Origin: Fimbriosthenelais zetlandica
Taxonomy: Eukaryota
Assembly: GCA_977030845.1 (NCBI GenBank)
Contig: OZ365110.1
Span: 28,520,001-28,584,000, forward strand
Reading direction: 5' to 3'
Length of the DNA stretch: 64,000 bases
The notes under the pieces are model-generated. The model was given only the letters and a program-made list of their open reading frames with translations, did no database searches and was not told the DNA's origin. Positions 24,984 through 39,169 of this stretch are shown here, piece after piece; within the stretch, counting starts at the first letter, position 1; each line of letters opens with the position of its first letter. The position numbers and the translations under genes were made by a program.

Positions 24984-25229
24984 AAAAAAAAAACCCCACC
25001 CTCCAACCCCGCACTGCTTCCATATTATATGTAATAACACCTCGCCATGCATTAATGACCACGATAATATGACCTGCTTGTCATCCGTCCTGGGTATACC
25101 GTATGTATATATATACATTAAATCAAAGATAACAACATTGTTTACATTGGTTTCACTTCCCAACAAATCCCATCCTAATCGTCCATCAACATTCACAATC
25201 CACCCTCTGGATTTCAGGGCGTGCGACTC

Positions 25230-25480
25230 CAATTTACTTACATGCTAAAATGCCAACCGATTTTTCGACGGTTCACTTATAGAGCATGACAATATCTCAA
25301 ACGCGAAAACTTACTACCTTCCACCCTTGCTGCACAAATAAACTGCAATCAAATAAGATTGTCTTCTTGGGACACACCTACTCGAACTAATGACCTTTGA
25401 TTTACAAGGCTACGGTACGGCTCTCCCAAAAGATACTCACAGAAGACTCAAAAACTTAGACATACGTAAATTTTATATAA
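25230..25480 (+). mobile_element. Possible heavily decayed Penelope-like RT fragment
   Basis: Frame-shifted pieces RFFDG, LTTFHP...SNKIVFLGHTY and PKDTHRRL resemble Penelope RYIDD, LNSFHP...IPFLD and KPTDTHQYL in the expected order. Confidence 0.25.
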
Positions 25481-27652
25481 ATTATTTGATTTCTTGTATG
25501 CCCGATATGATTATTTGTTCAAATTTTGATTTTGTTAATCTCACAAATGGTGTGGTGGCGAGGTTGCAAATTATAAAACCCTATCAACTTAAAAATATAA
25601 ATTGTCACATAACGTCTAAAAATATAGATCTAGATTAAATTTGATAAAGCCCTAGCTCCTGAGTCAGTGCATAGCGTAAGGAGAAAGCGTACCCTGATGC
25701 AGACACGGTCAATAAACGATTATATAGTAAACTGGCGAAACTTTACTGCATGAATACCAGGTGAAGAGATCGATATGTCAGGAGACATTGTCCCGGGGAG
25801 GACGCGTGTTAGTTTAGACTTGCTTCAGATAGATCTGTTAGACAATAAATTTGATAAATTCAATAATAACATTTGAAAATGTTAGAGAAATTGCAATATG
25901 GACATTCATCTTATAGATATAGAGCTGCTCTTAAGACTTTTTTTAGAATAGGTTGGCTGAACGAATGGTTAAATCTCATGGATAGATTGGTGACAGAGAG
26001 GGAAGGAATGTAGGAATAAACGAACGAAATAATTAAGGAAGACTGAAATCAGCAAAAAATTGCAACCACCCAGTTACTTCCCGGGACCCCAGAGTCTTCA
26101 GCCCAGCTTTCTCACTGGTTTCAATTCATAACATTATGAGAATGCTTTCTGACAAAGATAAAACGGCAGAGCGGGATTAATGGAGCCAGGTAAAAACGCA
26201 AATGGGCGCATGAAAAAATGATGAAGACTGGTCCATAGGAAACAAGCAAATGACACCAGCAGGAGTCTGATAAAAGCCGAACATTAATATAATATGTCTG
26301 CTGTGGCAGAGCTTGCATCTGGCACTAGATGCACCAAGGACTTCCAACTCTGTTCATTCAAAATTTCTAATCAATTGATCCACGAATGGTACCATCTTTT
26401 TGAATGAGAACTATTGACAATCTTGGATGCAAGCGGTATGAAGGCATGTATATCTCATACTATTTAGAAAGGGGATACAGGTTTTCTACCCTCTAAAAGT
26501 CCGCCCTCTGACACAGGAATTTGAGTTGCACTTTCAGTTTCTGGGTAGTGCTCTGGGGTATATTTCTGAGGAACACTTTGTCATGCCATAAATTCATAAT
26601 GCAATGAGAAACCCCATTATCAAATCCATTATCCCAGTGTGTTCCCATACAAATCCCTTATAGAGAAAGTGGTACTAGTGGGTACATGATGTTCAACCCC
26701 TGCCTGGAGTCTGTACAGTTAAGTGGAGAGTTCTTGGTTGGAGTGTCAATAGGCGCTTATACCAGCTCAATGTGGTGACTGTTCCAAGTCAATATTGAAA
26801 TAATTGATCGCAGAGCTCAGGGGGTTAAACTCACGCTTCAGTCAGACTTCTCATTGATTTTTCACCAAATTGTTTCTGAGAATATGTACAGCACCTTTCA
26901 GAGACTCACTCAGAAAACCAGAAGTTTTTTTGATACATAAATAAGGTATTTAGATTGGAATGCATGATTTAGGGTTCCTAATTGGCAAGATTCTCTACTC
27001 ATCAAAACTTTTCTCCGACTTTACTTCCTTTAATGTACATGTTAACCTGAGCTAATCTCAAATTATATATCATTTGTGTCAGCAGGATTTATACCAGAAG
27101 CCACAAGACAACTAAATTTGCATTAATATGGGTTTATCACCATCAAATTTCCCCAGTTTCCACTTCCTTTTCCCATTTTCCCCCTTTACATACTTCTTGC
27201 TATTCATGTATTATTGCTTCTGTACACGCAGCACATACAGAGTACATTGAGATTGTATAAATTATATGTTTAAAATTGTATTTAGTAAAACATACTGCAG
27301 GATATCATGAAATGCATCTCAGACTCTTCGTTTTTGTGGTTGAAATTTCTATTTTTTGAAAGCCCAAGAAGCAGAATATAGAGAAGTGGATAAATGCAAA
27401 ACACTCTCCCTCTATTCTCTATACTGTAAGACGTGCCTGTACATATACTTCATGTTCACAATACTTTTTTTCAAGTTTTGTTACTTTTTGTTTTATTTTA
27501 TTTTTTTGCAAAGGATGTTTAGTATATTCTGGGTGTCCTTTACGGGTAGGAGATAGTATCAGCAAGATATGTTCGTTGCATGTTAGAGAAAGTGATTTAC
27601 AAAGTACATGTACATGTATAATGCGCTTAAAAAGTGAAGTTTTTGTACTTAC

Positions 27653-27791
27653 ACTAGGGTAATCCATGTTGAAAAAGGTCTCGAGATTTTCGTAGAGATG
27701 TGGGTCGACGCCCGAGAGAGGTTTGAGGATGGAGATAGAGGGCATCGATTCGGGCGACAATTGAGCGGGTTTCTGGTGTAACCGCCATTTC
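27653..27791 (-). CDS. UGCG: Ceramide glucosyltransferase exon 2
   Basis: Acceptor ttttcag|G AAA TGG; reads KWRLHQKPAQLSPESMPSISILKPLSGVDPHLYENLETFFNMDYPS|gtaagt, matching UGCG [29 protein letters not shown]. 139 nt; phase 2 start fits exon 1. Confidence 0.93.
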
Positions 27792-29974
27792 CTGAAAAGG
27801 AAAAACTTAGTTAGACAAAGCAAAAAATACATACAGTGTAGGTAAATCAAATTATTATAGTCGATTAAAGTTAATAAACAGTAATGATCTATTCACCGTG
27901 ACAATAATTCATCCATTATTAAGTAATGAAATATTGTACACACACATCAACGAGCAGTGGTTGCGAAGCGAATGATTTTAATAAAAATGAACAATGAAAC
28001 TAAAAAAACAAAAACCTGCTAGAGTAGATCTGAAGACGATTTTTCAAGGCATATTTTGGAGGGTCACATTTACTTTACTTTTTGTCCAATTCAATGGGCA
28101 ATATAGCGTATATTCTAGGTTTAACATTGATCAGGAATTTAAACAATGCAGTCTTGCCAATAAAGGACATATATGCCATGAATATCACTTTCAGATTCAT
28201 ACAATAGGTGCTACATTGTTAAGAAGTGAGTAGAACCTGTGGTTGACCGAATTTTAAACTTCCGCGTATAGTTGCCCACGTAAAGACTAAGTTGAACTGG
28301 CATAAAGCCTCCTCAAAAGTTTGCACTTTGAGGGATGGGTGGATTCAATTGCAGTAAAAAGCACCTGGCTTTCATAAAAATGAGACGCATTAAGGTGCGC
28401 AGTGGGAGAGGGGGATTGATTTCATTCGGCCCGTATTGGATTTTTTCGGGTGACAATGGAAATGCACCCTCAATGTTAGCCTGAAAGTGGGCGACTTGTA
28501 CAAAGTTGCTGCTGCACCCGACTAAGGGCATGCAACAGAATGCAGCGTCACGAGCGTCATTGTAACTGTTAGTCGGACGTTAATGCTGGAATTCATCTGG
28601 CATTTTCGTAATAGCGGCCCATGGTTTAGAATGAAACAATGGATGGACAATTTAAGAAAAATAGGAGCCCTTGAAGCTAAAATCCCATTCTCATTGCCAT
28701 GATTTAACTTTTCTGAGGCCTCTCTATGCCTATGCCTCTATAAAAACGATTGGTTTTATTTGGAATCACGGACTAGCTATCACTTGATCTTTCAAATGTC
28801 GTGACACATATATGTCTTTTTTGCCAAGGCTAACCTAGAATGTTGTGTGTAAGTGTAGACACCATCCTCCCCTAGCACCACATATAGCTCCAACTCTCCC
28901 CTGCCAATTGAGAGGATGCTACGTAAAGTTATAGTTTATAGAAAATAGGGATCCATATAATTTCGGGTCAGAACTTACACATTATCGTGCACACATTATT
29001 GCTTTATCGCAACCCTGACCCGGTTCCACATAATAATTAACACTTAATTAATACCGGCCAGGCTGGCTATGAGTAGAGGGTACAATTTAGGCACCGTATG
29101 TACACACATTGTAAGTCAATTAGTTATCAGCACATATTTATGAAGAATGATGTATTGATAATTAACATAATCAAGACTTATTGGGTAATAATCAACTTTG
29201 ATTCATAAGAAGGTTGGTGTCAACCACCAAGGGGAAGTATGTCTGCCAAGCAAAAGCGTTTACAGGTCATTACTCATACTTGTAATGTAAGCGAAATTAC
29301 TGGTCCGTTAATTATAAGAAATCAACAGGCTCGATCAAACTCATATGACCGGAGATTAAAGACACTAGCCAGATTTCGTGTCAATGTCAGATATCGGCAA
29401 AGCTTTGGTCATAAATGGGAGATGATTTAGTTAATGATGTGGTATAAATAATTTTGGATATGGTTTACTCTTCCCTTTCACCATTTCCAAGGTTCAATGA
29501 ACAGGATCAAAGTTGAGCCAAACAGGTTTTCAGCCACTCCATCCTTCCTATTTTTTACTCCCCGAGCACTCTTCCAAGGTTACCTTAATAACGTGACGAC
29601 CACGAAAGCTAAAACATGCATAGTCTTCCCTTCCTTTCATTAATATAGTAAACTTCCTTCCACCCATTCTTCCTTTCCTTCCAAGAGCTACCTCATCACC
29701 ACAGGCAGCAATGCAGAATTTACACGCACCGAAGCTACATGTAATACAGCACAGAGCTAAACACTGAGAGACGCATTATAAGCCATGTTTATAGGATTTC
29801 AATTTATTTGCGGCCAAGATTCCAGGAGAGGTAATCAGATCCCCTGGATCCCACCAGGCCGTGGAAAGATCCTTATTAAACCTATCGGGTGGTATCGAGA
29901 GGGAAAGGTGGGAGAGACATGACCCCGCACAAGCTTTGCCACGTCGTTTTCATATAAGACCACAAAGGGAAGAT

Positions 29975-30050
29975 CAAACAAATAAGCATATCAGAATTAC
30001 TAAGTAACTACAAATATAACAAACAAATAAGCATATCAGAATTACTAAGT
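29975..30050. repeat. 31-bp local duplication (period 45)
   Basis: CAAACAAATAAGCATATCAGAATTACTAAGT at 29975 and 30020. Confidence 0.85.
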
Positions 30051-32359
30051 GTGCGAGATTTATGTGCCGTTTATAATTGTATAAGTTATCCTATCCGTAC
30101 TTATGATGAAAGGAATGCTTAGATATAAACATGGAAATGCTTCTTTTTCCTGTATTTATTCAACAAGCACAATGAAATATATTCGCTGATACTGAATGAT
30201 TTTTAACAATAATTATTTTCAGAAGAATAACATTATCACTGATGGATAAATTAAATAGAGGAGAGACGAAGAGACCTAGAGTACCCGGTAATAGAGTATC
30301 AATTGCCTATATCAACATGGGTGGGAGGATGAGGCCGGTATATTTGTATAGAATGCCTCGTGCCTGACCGCGTCGATTGGATATCAACATGCCCTTTCCC
30401 GCTATCTCTAACCCTGCCAGGAAATCCCCTCATGCTTCACTGACAACTACTCCATGCAAGAGAATGTGATGACTCAAGCTTCAGGCCACACAAATGCCAA
30501 GTTTCTTGTCACGTCTGAGTTTCCCATTTTCCCAGCTTTTATCTCCAGCTTTCACGAACCAGGACATCCGATTTTTTATTTTTCACAAATAAGTGTGGAA
30601 TCCGTTTACAGTTAAAATTTGTGAGACGAGAATATTTTTAGATTTGTACATGTTCTAAAATAAAAAAGAAGTGTATCGGCCGTGAAACAATAGATGAGCT
30701 CCGTATTCCCCAGGGATATTAGGTGGAGATACGCCCCTGGGCTTGGGTTAGGGCAGGAGTGGAGCGTGCGTGGGTTATGCTGTTATCCCTAAAACCAAGC
30801 CCCAGTCTAGGGCATTCCCCACGTTAAAAACTGGCCAACGGGACTGGTTCTGGAGTCAGGGCTATAGGAAATCACCAGCTAGGAGCATTTTAATGGTTTT
30901 ATACTTAATTTCCCTTTTCTTGCCTGTGTAAACATAGACTAGCCGGACTGGGAGGAGTGGATGGAAAGACTGAGAGGCCTGCCTATACACCATAGGATGG
31001 GCGCCTGGATTAGACACTGCTGTGTCAAAGGGAGCAGCTCTAAAACTAGGTCAACACGCGCACCAGCAGCATATCTGGTCGCCATGGCAACAACATGATG
31101 TGAGCAGCAGGGCAGACGCTCGGTGACGCTCAGTAAGGCGGTGCGTGCAGGCGAGACCTGCTCCCTCTACATGTGCCCAGCCGACTATCAGCTGGTTATG
31201 GGTAGTGGTGCCCCCCCCCCCCCCCCGGGCCCCCCTTCCCGCCCCCACCACCACCCGACCCCCAACACAGCACCACTGAAGGCACCACCTCAACCAGCAC
31301 CTCTCAGCATTGTAAATGGGCCATCTATAGTGCAGAGCAAACATGAACACTATTATAAAAGGTAGTCTGATATATAGATCTCAACATATGACAAAGCGAC
31401 GGAAACATGACTGGAAATTAAATGACAAAAGTTCTTCAAGAGATCTTATTTCTTTCCTCTGTTTATATAACTGAAAGGTCTTTCTTCCCGCCCCCGCTCC
31501 CACACCCTTGCTTTCAATTCTTAAATAACTCCCGGCATCATCTTTTTCTAAGAAAGATATTCCTATCCATGTACCTTGAAAGGAGGATCAATTCTAAGAA
31601 GGATCACTTGCATTCTAACATCTACAAGCACCGATATAAAATCCGCCCATTATCATAATGCAAGAAAGGAATTAATTCTGAGCTAATAAATTATGAATAC
31701 CAGGGCTTCATAATAGCCATAGATTCATCCAGCGGCTGCAATTGTGCTTTATCTTTTATGAAATGGTTAGGAGGTATTGCTCAGTGTTATAGATCCATGG
31801 ATTTGGACTATGAATTCCTATGAATTCATTCTTGGATGAGAAAGAGGTGAGGGTGGGGGTCGGGGGCTGCTGGGGGTGGGGGGGGGGGGAGGAGATAAAG
31901 ACTAGCTGAGAGCGTTCAGCGATAACATTGTAAGGGGGTGAGCACTGCTGCACCTCCTCCACCTGCCTCCTCCTACTCCTCGCGTGGTTACACAGCCTGA
32001 GCCCGTGGCCCATTTTCATACTACTCACGACTGCCCTTCCGCACTACTGACGGTGCCCATGGGCTTGGACCGAGGGCGAGAGGGTGGAGGCCGAGGGTGA
32101 ATGGGGGTGTTCCACGCAGAGAATGACCCATGTTTTAAGGAAATTGATACGACCGATATTGCAACCTATGTTTTTTCCCCGCATTACCCTTTTAGCGGCG
32201 GACAGGTTTGGTGGTGCATTCCTAAAGCTGTAAGGTACAAATGTAGAGGGGATGCACAGCCGCTAAAACACGACCAACATTTTATAGGAATCAGTGACTA
32301 TTTCCGATAAAACCAATTAGTCAGAAAGCAGCTTTCAGGTGGCATTTTGAGCATGGGTG

Positions 32360-32530
32360 AAAGGAGAGAGAGCGAGCGAGAGAGTGTGAGACGGGGGAGA
32401 GGGAGAGAGAAACTGGAGAGAGCGAGAGAAAGGGAGGGAGAAAGGGGAGAGAGCGAGAGAAAGGGGCGAGAGAGGGAGAGATGGGGGTGGAATAGTGAAG
32501 AGGGAAGAGGGAATAGATATGGAGAGATAA
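32360..32530. repeat. Degenerate (GA)n purine tract
   Basis: Purine-rich low-complexity run; explains the spurious ORFs at 32298-32605. Confidence 0.85.
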
Positions 32531-35500
32531 TAGAAGTGGAAGAGACATAGAAATTGAAAACTGTACTTCCCACTTTATATTGAAATACCTATATTTACAT
32601 TTCAAGTCATTTATATTAATGACATGCTAAGATCATATTCTGGAGAGGGCCTCCTCAATTCAAGTCAGGGTATGGAGTTGATAGACCATTGTGGCACCCA
32701 GATTCCCTGTTTACATCATTGAGAATGCCATTAATAGAGGACCAAACTGGCCAGGTTAGATCATACATGTATAATGAGATCGATCAGCCTCTCCCCCGGG
32801 ACGCTGGCCCGCGTTCACTTTGAGAACCATTCCCCAGCACATATTTGACCAAGGCTGATCTCACCATCCCACACCCATAGCGGCGCCAAGTGTCACATTT
32901 AAAGTAGATAAACATTTTGGGAGGCATCCCAATAAATTCAGTCAATAAATGTGAAACGGTCGCTCTCTAGGGACTTTCCAATCTGAGAGTTCAGAACTCA
33001 AGTGGGCGATTTTAATACGATTCCTGTCGAAATGTCAAGCATATAGACGGGTTAAGACTTAATAGGATTTAGAGCTCATTCAAAACGCCATTGTTGGTGG
33101 AATACGAATCGTAATCAGAGCAAAGATCATAGGATTAATTTGAACTTTTGAAGCAAATCCATGCTAGACTTTCCATCTAATTCTCAAACTATTTCTAATT
33201 AAAAAAGTGGAGTGCATTCCAATTGACATAGCCACATAAACGGGTTAGAAATAAATTATTTAAATGTAAAATTCTAACAAATCGAAATACAGTTAGGGCC
33301 TACTAAAGGATAATTTAAAAGAGCATGGGAGGTTTTTTTTGTTGCCATGGAAACATATCCTACAAGTCCTTCCTATAAGTGAAAAACAGTAGGAGGTAAC
33401 GCTTTCAGCCACGTCAGAACGTCCTTCTAATTATTTGTTGTTTCTTTTTTTCAATTTATTTTCAGGTGTGCACGTGAAATGGCAAGCGTGGGAAGATAAT
33501 TTTCAGTCCGGCACACAGACTCTAAGCCTTCAGCCAGCAGGCACTGACAAGCGATTCCTGTTTGCTTCATTAATGATGGGCCGAAAAACAGGCACCTGTG
33601 TTACCAGTATTCTCAGTACCCAAGAAACATTATTCTTCCTAATTAATATTAATCTAAATATCATCTCCGCAATCATGAAGCCATACGTGCACCAATATTG
33701 AGGGAGGAAGAGTATAGTCTGTGAAATATGCACCATCGATAAGAGTACAAGAGGAACACTGTTCAACAGTTTCTCAGAGGAAAATATTATTTTCAGGTTA
33801 CAAAAATTCCTATCTGAACAGATGGTTTAGGTGATCTTATGAAAGAAAAACATACGCAAGATCAACTGTAAACAAGGTAGAAAGTGAAGAATTGAGTAAC
33901 TGATTGAGCATAAAGAAGTGGGGCTGACAATATTCTTGTACACCTGGAGAAAATAGTTGAGATTCAACACCTTCTCCAAGCTATTCAGTTGAATTGGCTA
34001 TTGTGTTGCATGCAACAACAACAGAAAAAGGATTAGATTCCAAAGGCATTATTATACTACTGGTTGCCAATACACTGAACTATGCATAACTTGTTTACAT
34101 AAGCACGCTAACAACTACTCCTACTATTGCTTATTTTCAATCCAGATAATGAAATGTTATCAGAGGGTGATTGATTATATTACACCATTGCTCGTAACTA
34201 TGGTTCAACAACATACAAAGTTATGTCAGGAAGTCGTCATGGTAGTTATTTCAATCTTGAAGTCCTTAGGATTAGTGGACCAGAATCATGTAATAAAACA
34301 TTAAGCCGATAGATAAAACAATTGTATCCGAATATACAAGTAATGCCAAGCACTCATAAATTTAATCAATGAATTAAGTCCAGTACATGCACATACCATT
34401 TGCCAAAGATCAACCCTTGATTACATGTAAAGGTAAACCCTTTATTGTATGTAAACTCATCTAGTAGTTAATACGTATGGCTTGAATGAATATATTTTTC
34501 CACGTCAGTTCACGGGAGATCAATATCAGATCATTTGAGTAAGTATTGCATGAGTGCATCTACATGCTATGTGATTAATGTTTTAACAAGGATGTATATT
34601 ACATGGCCATTAGATCATCATGTAAGTTGTGTGAATCATCTAATATTTATAACATGATGAAGGCACGGGTAAAACAGCCGAAATCATAATCTCTAGTGAC
34701 TAACGGTCCCTAGCCATCCATGCTATGTTATGTCAGTAATAACATAAAACATGTTTTTGTTAGCCCACCACACATCAAAGCCAGTGTGGCCCAGCATGGG
34801 TTACAGCCTAGACTTGTAAAGCCATGCCTCTCACCGAGAATATAAGCATAATTTTGGGTTTAGCCAAGTAATGCGCCCGGACAAGTCCAACATTAACCTG
34901 TGTTAAACCAAATTTAACCTAGTTACAAGGATTGGGTCTAAGTCAAGTATTAATTTAAAATGAAAATAATAACAGTCCTGTGCATGTTTAGGATAGGCAC
35001 TCATATTAGATTCATGATCTATCATATTCCTCATCTGTCATTCAAACCTTGTATAAGCTTGTACATGATGTTGGGTGGTGTGCTGGTAACAAAGCCAATA
35101 GCATGATCAAAGCAACTATGTTGGAATTCAAAAATTGTGCCTACATTGCTACATCCCTGATTAACCTACGCCTACGGTTCTTATAGTCAAAATAATTGTA
35201 AATTCCTTACAGCAAAAAAGTGTATAAAAAGCCTCCATTTATCACACTTCACTTCAAGTTTCGAAATAGCCCTCATTGTCAAATAGGACAATATGTTGCT
35301 TTCCGAATACATTTACATAAATTTCCCATCAAAGGTATCATTACAGTTCCCAACTCCTTTCATTTATGATTTATTCAAAAGTGAGAACATTTTTCTCGAG
35401 GTTCATCGAGTATGGGGTGACCTAGATGACACATGAGTGAATTTTCATGACCCTCTGCCACAGTAGGTTTACCAATTTAGTCCTGCCCTCTTATATTTGG

Positions 35501-35733
35501 GATACCCTAGCGTGACCACAGCGAAAATGAGTGAAAGGGTGGACAGACAAATGGATTTACATTCTACGATTTCTGACCCGCCATTCACCCTTCAGTAAGG
35601 CTTCACCACGCATTCAGGACAGTAGAAAATATATTTATATACCCAGAGAAATTATTTTTCAAAGCTATGCATCTCAAATTTCAAAATGGGTACAGTAAAT
35701 GTATTCATGAAACTTCAAAGAATACATAAAATA

Positions 35734-35786
35734 GAGGAACATATGACAGATACGTGTATGAGGAACATATGACAGATACGTGTATG
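35734..35786. repeat. 26-bp tandem duplication
   Basis: GAGGAACATATGACAGATACGTGTAT twice. Confidence 0.85.
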
Positions 35787-36276
35787 TAGGCCGATGCATA
35801 AGTGTAAGAACATGCGTCGCGCTATGTTAGTCATGGTTTGTTTAACCAACCATACATTCTCATTTGTAAGGTTCCTTCCTCTACATATAACCATGGCATA
35901 GTGTGGTGTCTGTTGGAAAGTACCAGGTTCAACCTGCCCCAAATGATTGTCCAGGGAGAGAGCAGTGTTGATGAACAGTGCCCTTGGGATCCAGGGATGA
36001 CCTGTCATTGACCATTGTGGCTATCAGCAAACAGCATGCAGACCACTGGGCAGTCTCATGGTGCGGATATAGCTATAGTGGCACTAGTTGGGTACCGAGA
36101 TCCTTCAATACAACATATTTATAATGCTCATTCATTACTATGATAACAGCCATACCACTGGACTCCGATTCCAATTCACAATGTCCTGTCCACGTAGCAT
36201 TATGAAAATGAATCAATGGCCTGGTGGGTGGGTGGCTATTGGAAGGTTTAGTTCATATAGACTTGATGGGCGTACT

Positions 36277-36490
36277 CAGTGTATTCCTTTACCGGTCGTC
36301 CGAGACGACCTAAAATAAAAGTGGACGACCTGGTTGTCCATTCAGGTGGTCCAGACAGACGACCACCATTTCTGGGCCACTTTGAGGGCCTATATCAACC
36401 GGACGACCAAATCTTTGTACCAGTACCGTATTTCCTACATCAGGTGATCCGTATGGACGACCTGGCCCATTTTCCCAAGCACCTACACTG
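36277..36490. mobile_element. MITE-like fragment with CAGTGT...ACACTG ends and repeated GACGACC/GGTCGTCC motifs
   Basis: Short terminal inversion and about six internal GACGACC motifs in both orientations, typical of subterminal transposase-binding repeats; no TSD confirmed. Confidence 0.4.
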
Positions 36491-38710
36491 GATTACTATC
36501 AAGAACATAAATGGGTGGAACCTTATAGGGAGGTTTACAAAGAAAACACCATCCAGAAAAACTGTCGGAAGTAGAGCGTACAAAATATAGAACCATATGC
36601 ATGTGTACGTCTATGGAATCAGTTAGAGTAGAATACACGTCATTTGATGAAGTATATGGGTGGGGAATCAAAAGAGATAAGTTCTATGATTAAGCGTCAG
36701 ACTTCCGGATATATATCACTTGTACCTTGTACTGGACTTGATTTGGTATGACATAAACTTATCAAGTGACTGGGTATAGATATAGGCCAGAGGGCTGATC
36801 AATAATCCGTTGTAATGTAAATTCTTCTGGAGGAGAGATCGCGATACGGTACGATGATACACACTATACCTTCCATACATGACCTACCTTCCCAAAAAAA
36901 CTAAAGTTTAACTTTTCAAGAAATCAAAGTAGTCCAGAACTAAGTTTGTGTGCATGATTTCACTCTGAATTTTGACCTCCTTAGAGGAATAAGGATGCAT
37001 AGGTGGGTATATAGTGTGTAGGAATGTATATCTTACATACATGCCATATACTGAACATGGAAACATTAACCGAATAATCTGGGGATCAGAATACCTCATG
37101 CATTAAATAGACTAATTTATAGGGGTTTAGTTATTACTCAGGTCTACAAGTTTCAATCTGTCAATCGAGTCATATTGCCACTTACGTTACATTACCTCAC
37201 CTACATTGATATCTGGCAAGAATTGTGTCATAAATACATACGGAATTATGTTGACTACACCCATTTAAACTCATGGGGAGAAATGCGAGAACAAGGGTGT
37301 TAAAAGGGATAGCTGAACTCCATTGTAGAGCATTAGCATGCTTGACATGTATTGTATTGCGACCTACATTGCGTACCCACAATTCTGAAAGTGTGGGAAT
37401 GAGTAAGATCTTGAAGACATGACAAGACCGTAATAACCATTTATAAGAATGAAATTAGAGCACTGTATGTTTTAATTCAGTTACAGTTGGCCTACATAAG
37501 TTGTTCTGGGTGATGATTTTAGGACTCAGTCAAGCAATTGATAAATAGCACAATTACAATTTAAGCACGTTCCATATAACTATTATTATACAGATGATGG
37601 TGACACTCCAGAGTGCAGTTGAACACTTTTACCACTGTGTATAGAGTTTTTTTTCAGAATATCTTAGATATTTTCTTGGAGTTCTATAAAGTTTATTGAC
37701 TTGATTACAAGCTGATAAGCCAATTGCTGCTCGTATGCATGTCAGAAGGTGTTGGATCGATTAGAACTATGGCTTGGATCGAATTCCTAAAAGGCTTAAA
37801 TAGGCTTAATCCTGGGGAGGACTAAAAAGGACATTGCCATGGCATTGGTACCGGTAACTTAGAAGTAAAGCTTCAGGTGACTCCCAAATCTGGATCTGCA
37901 TCGACTAGGATCTGGGTTTGCACTGCCAAGATATTTTAGCGAGATTTGCAGAAATGATTAAGTTTCTAACTCATGAGTAAATTCTTGTAAAGAAATTATG
38001 AATACGCGATGAATAAGTAAATGACATTTTTATCAGTGAGAAACGTCCTCGTGCCACTGTGGACCGAGCCTCCGAGGCTAATAGTAGGCGTAGCCGTAGT
38101 CTTCATGGAAGATGCACAAGATGAAAGAATCTGTCAGTCAGGTCAGAACACTTCTAACTATCAAAAAAAATATCTAGACAAGAAGCTGTTAAATGAGGGT
38201 GGGGCGTGTTCCAAATGATATTCTCAGTTCAAATGCCATAGGCTATGGTATAGCGGTTAAAATACCATACGGGTACATGCTTAGCTGGTCAGCTCAGTTC
38301 AAGTCACTATATAGATCACACTATCCCTGCAACTAACTGAATAACTTTCAACTATCATCTGTCAGACAGAAAATTGGAAATGAAGAAATAAAGATTCATG
38401 GTGTTCATATGATTCAAACGAGCTTGGTTTGAATTGGGTTCTAAAGGGGAAATTTTCACCAGGAGTGGTTAACTTGATTGTGTATTCCACATTACCAGAA
38501 TGAATGAGTAGACAGAGTGAGAGGAGTGAGAGTGAATGACTGTGAGGGGGCAGAGCGGCAGGTTGGCGGGCATCTCTCGTCCACCGGCCGGTGCTCTCCT
38601 AAAGCAACCGGCGTTTTCATGTCCACGCTCAAATGCAACTAAATATACAACATATCACGGGATGATCCTGGTAAAAAAAGTCAACAAGAGTCAAGAGAAA
38701 CCACACTTAC

Positions 38711-38808
38711 CCATAGAGAATGGCTAGAATGTGTAAGAGCCACAGGCCACACCATACAATGAAAATCACTATAGCCAATCCAAGAAGCACTGTTTCAATC
38801 GCTGCCAT
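38711..38808 (-). CDS. UGCG: Ceramide glucosyltransferase exon 1 (N-terminal transmembrane anchor)
   Basis: Minus strand reads MAAIETVLLGLAIVIFIVWCGLWLLHILAILY-GG|gtaagt. It is 98 nt with a phase-2 donor, and resembles the vertebrate UGCG N-terminus (LWLMHFMAIIY). Missed by the ORF track. Confidence 0.9.
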
Positions 38809-38809
38809 T

Positions 38810-39134
38810 TTGCCAGACCGATAGCTGCTCTTTCCTGGAGACCGGGGTGCCCCGCTAAAATTTACACCTCCTTCTCCGAGTATCCGTTCGTGAAAATACC
38901 TTCAATGTACTCCGCATCCATTCAAGATTGAGTAGACGGGGACAGAGGTAGAATAATCCAGTTAGAGCTATGTAGAAGGGGTGCCCGGAGGATCCATACT
39001 GACATGACTGACTATCGTTTAAAGACGATGGGTGTGTGCACGCCGCCCCGGAAGCGGAAGTTAGCAGATTGACCGCGTCAGGTGGCGCCGCAAAGCGACA
39101 GTTCTTACAACCATTATGGAAAGTCAAAGGTACC
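38810..39134. promoter_or_regulatory. GC-richer promoter region of UGCG, possibly bidirectional
   Basis: Immediately upstream of the UGCG ATG. Tandem ETS-type sites CCGGAAGCGGAAGT at 39048-39061, a CTCF-like GCGTCAGGTGGCGC near 39075-39088, and a plus-strand donor-like GGTACC|gtaagg at 39134/39135. Confidence 0.55.
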
Positions 39135-39169
39135 GTAAGGCGTAGGTCTAACCTACATAATTGACTTCA

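Noticed and set aside
24893-25006. N-terminal 38 aa of the 447-aa ORF as real RT sequence
   Set aside because: It is the antisense reading of the inverted segment plus flank; RT homology there is on the plus strand.
26365-26458. Acceptor followed by TAT GAG (YE) as the start of UGCG exon 3
   Set aside because: Continues YEIYMPSYRL to a stop with no UGCG similarity and no donor.
32020-32062. Minus-strand MGTVSSAEGQ-TC|gtgagt as UGCG exon 1
   Set aside because: The true 98-nt transmembrane-coding exon 1 was found at 38711-38808; this one lacks the TM helix, although an alternative start cannot be fully excluded.
32298-32605. S/L-rich and R/E-rich ORFs
   Set aside because: Translations of the GA-rich low-complexity tract.
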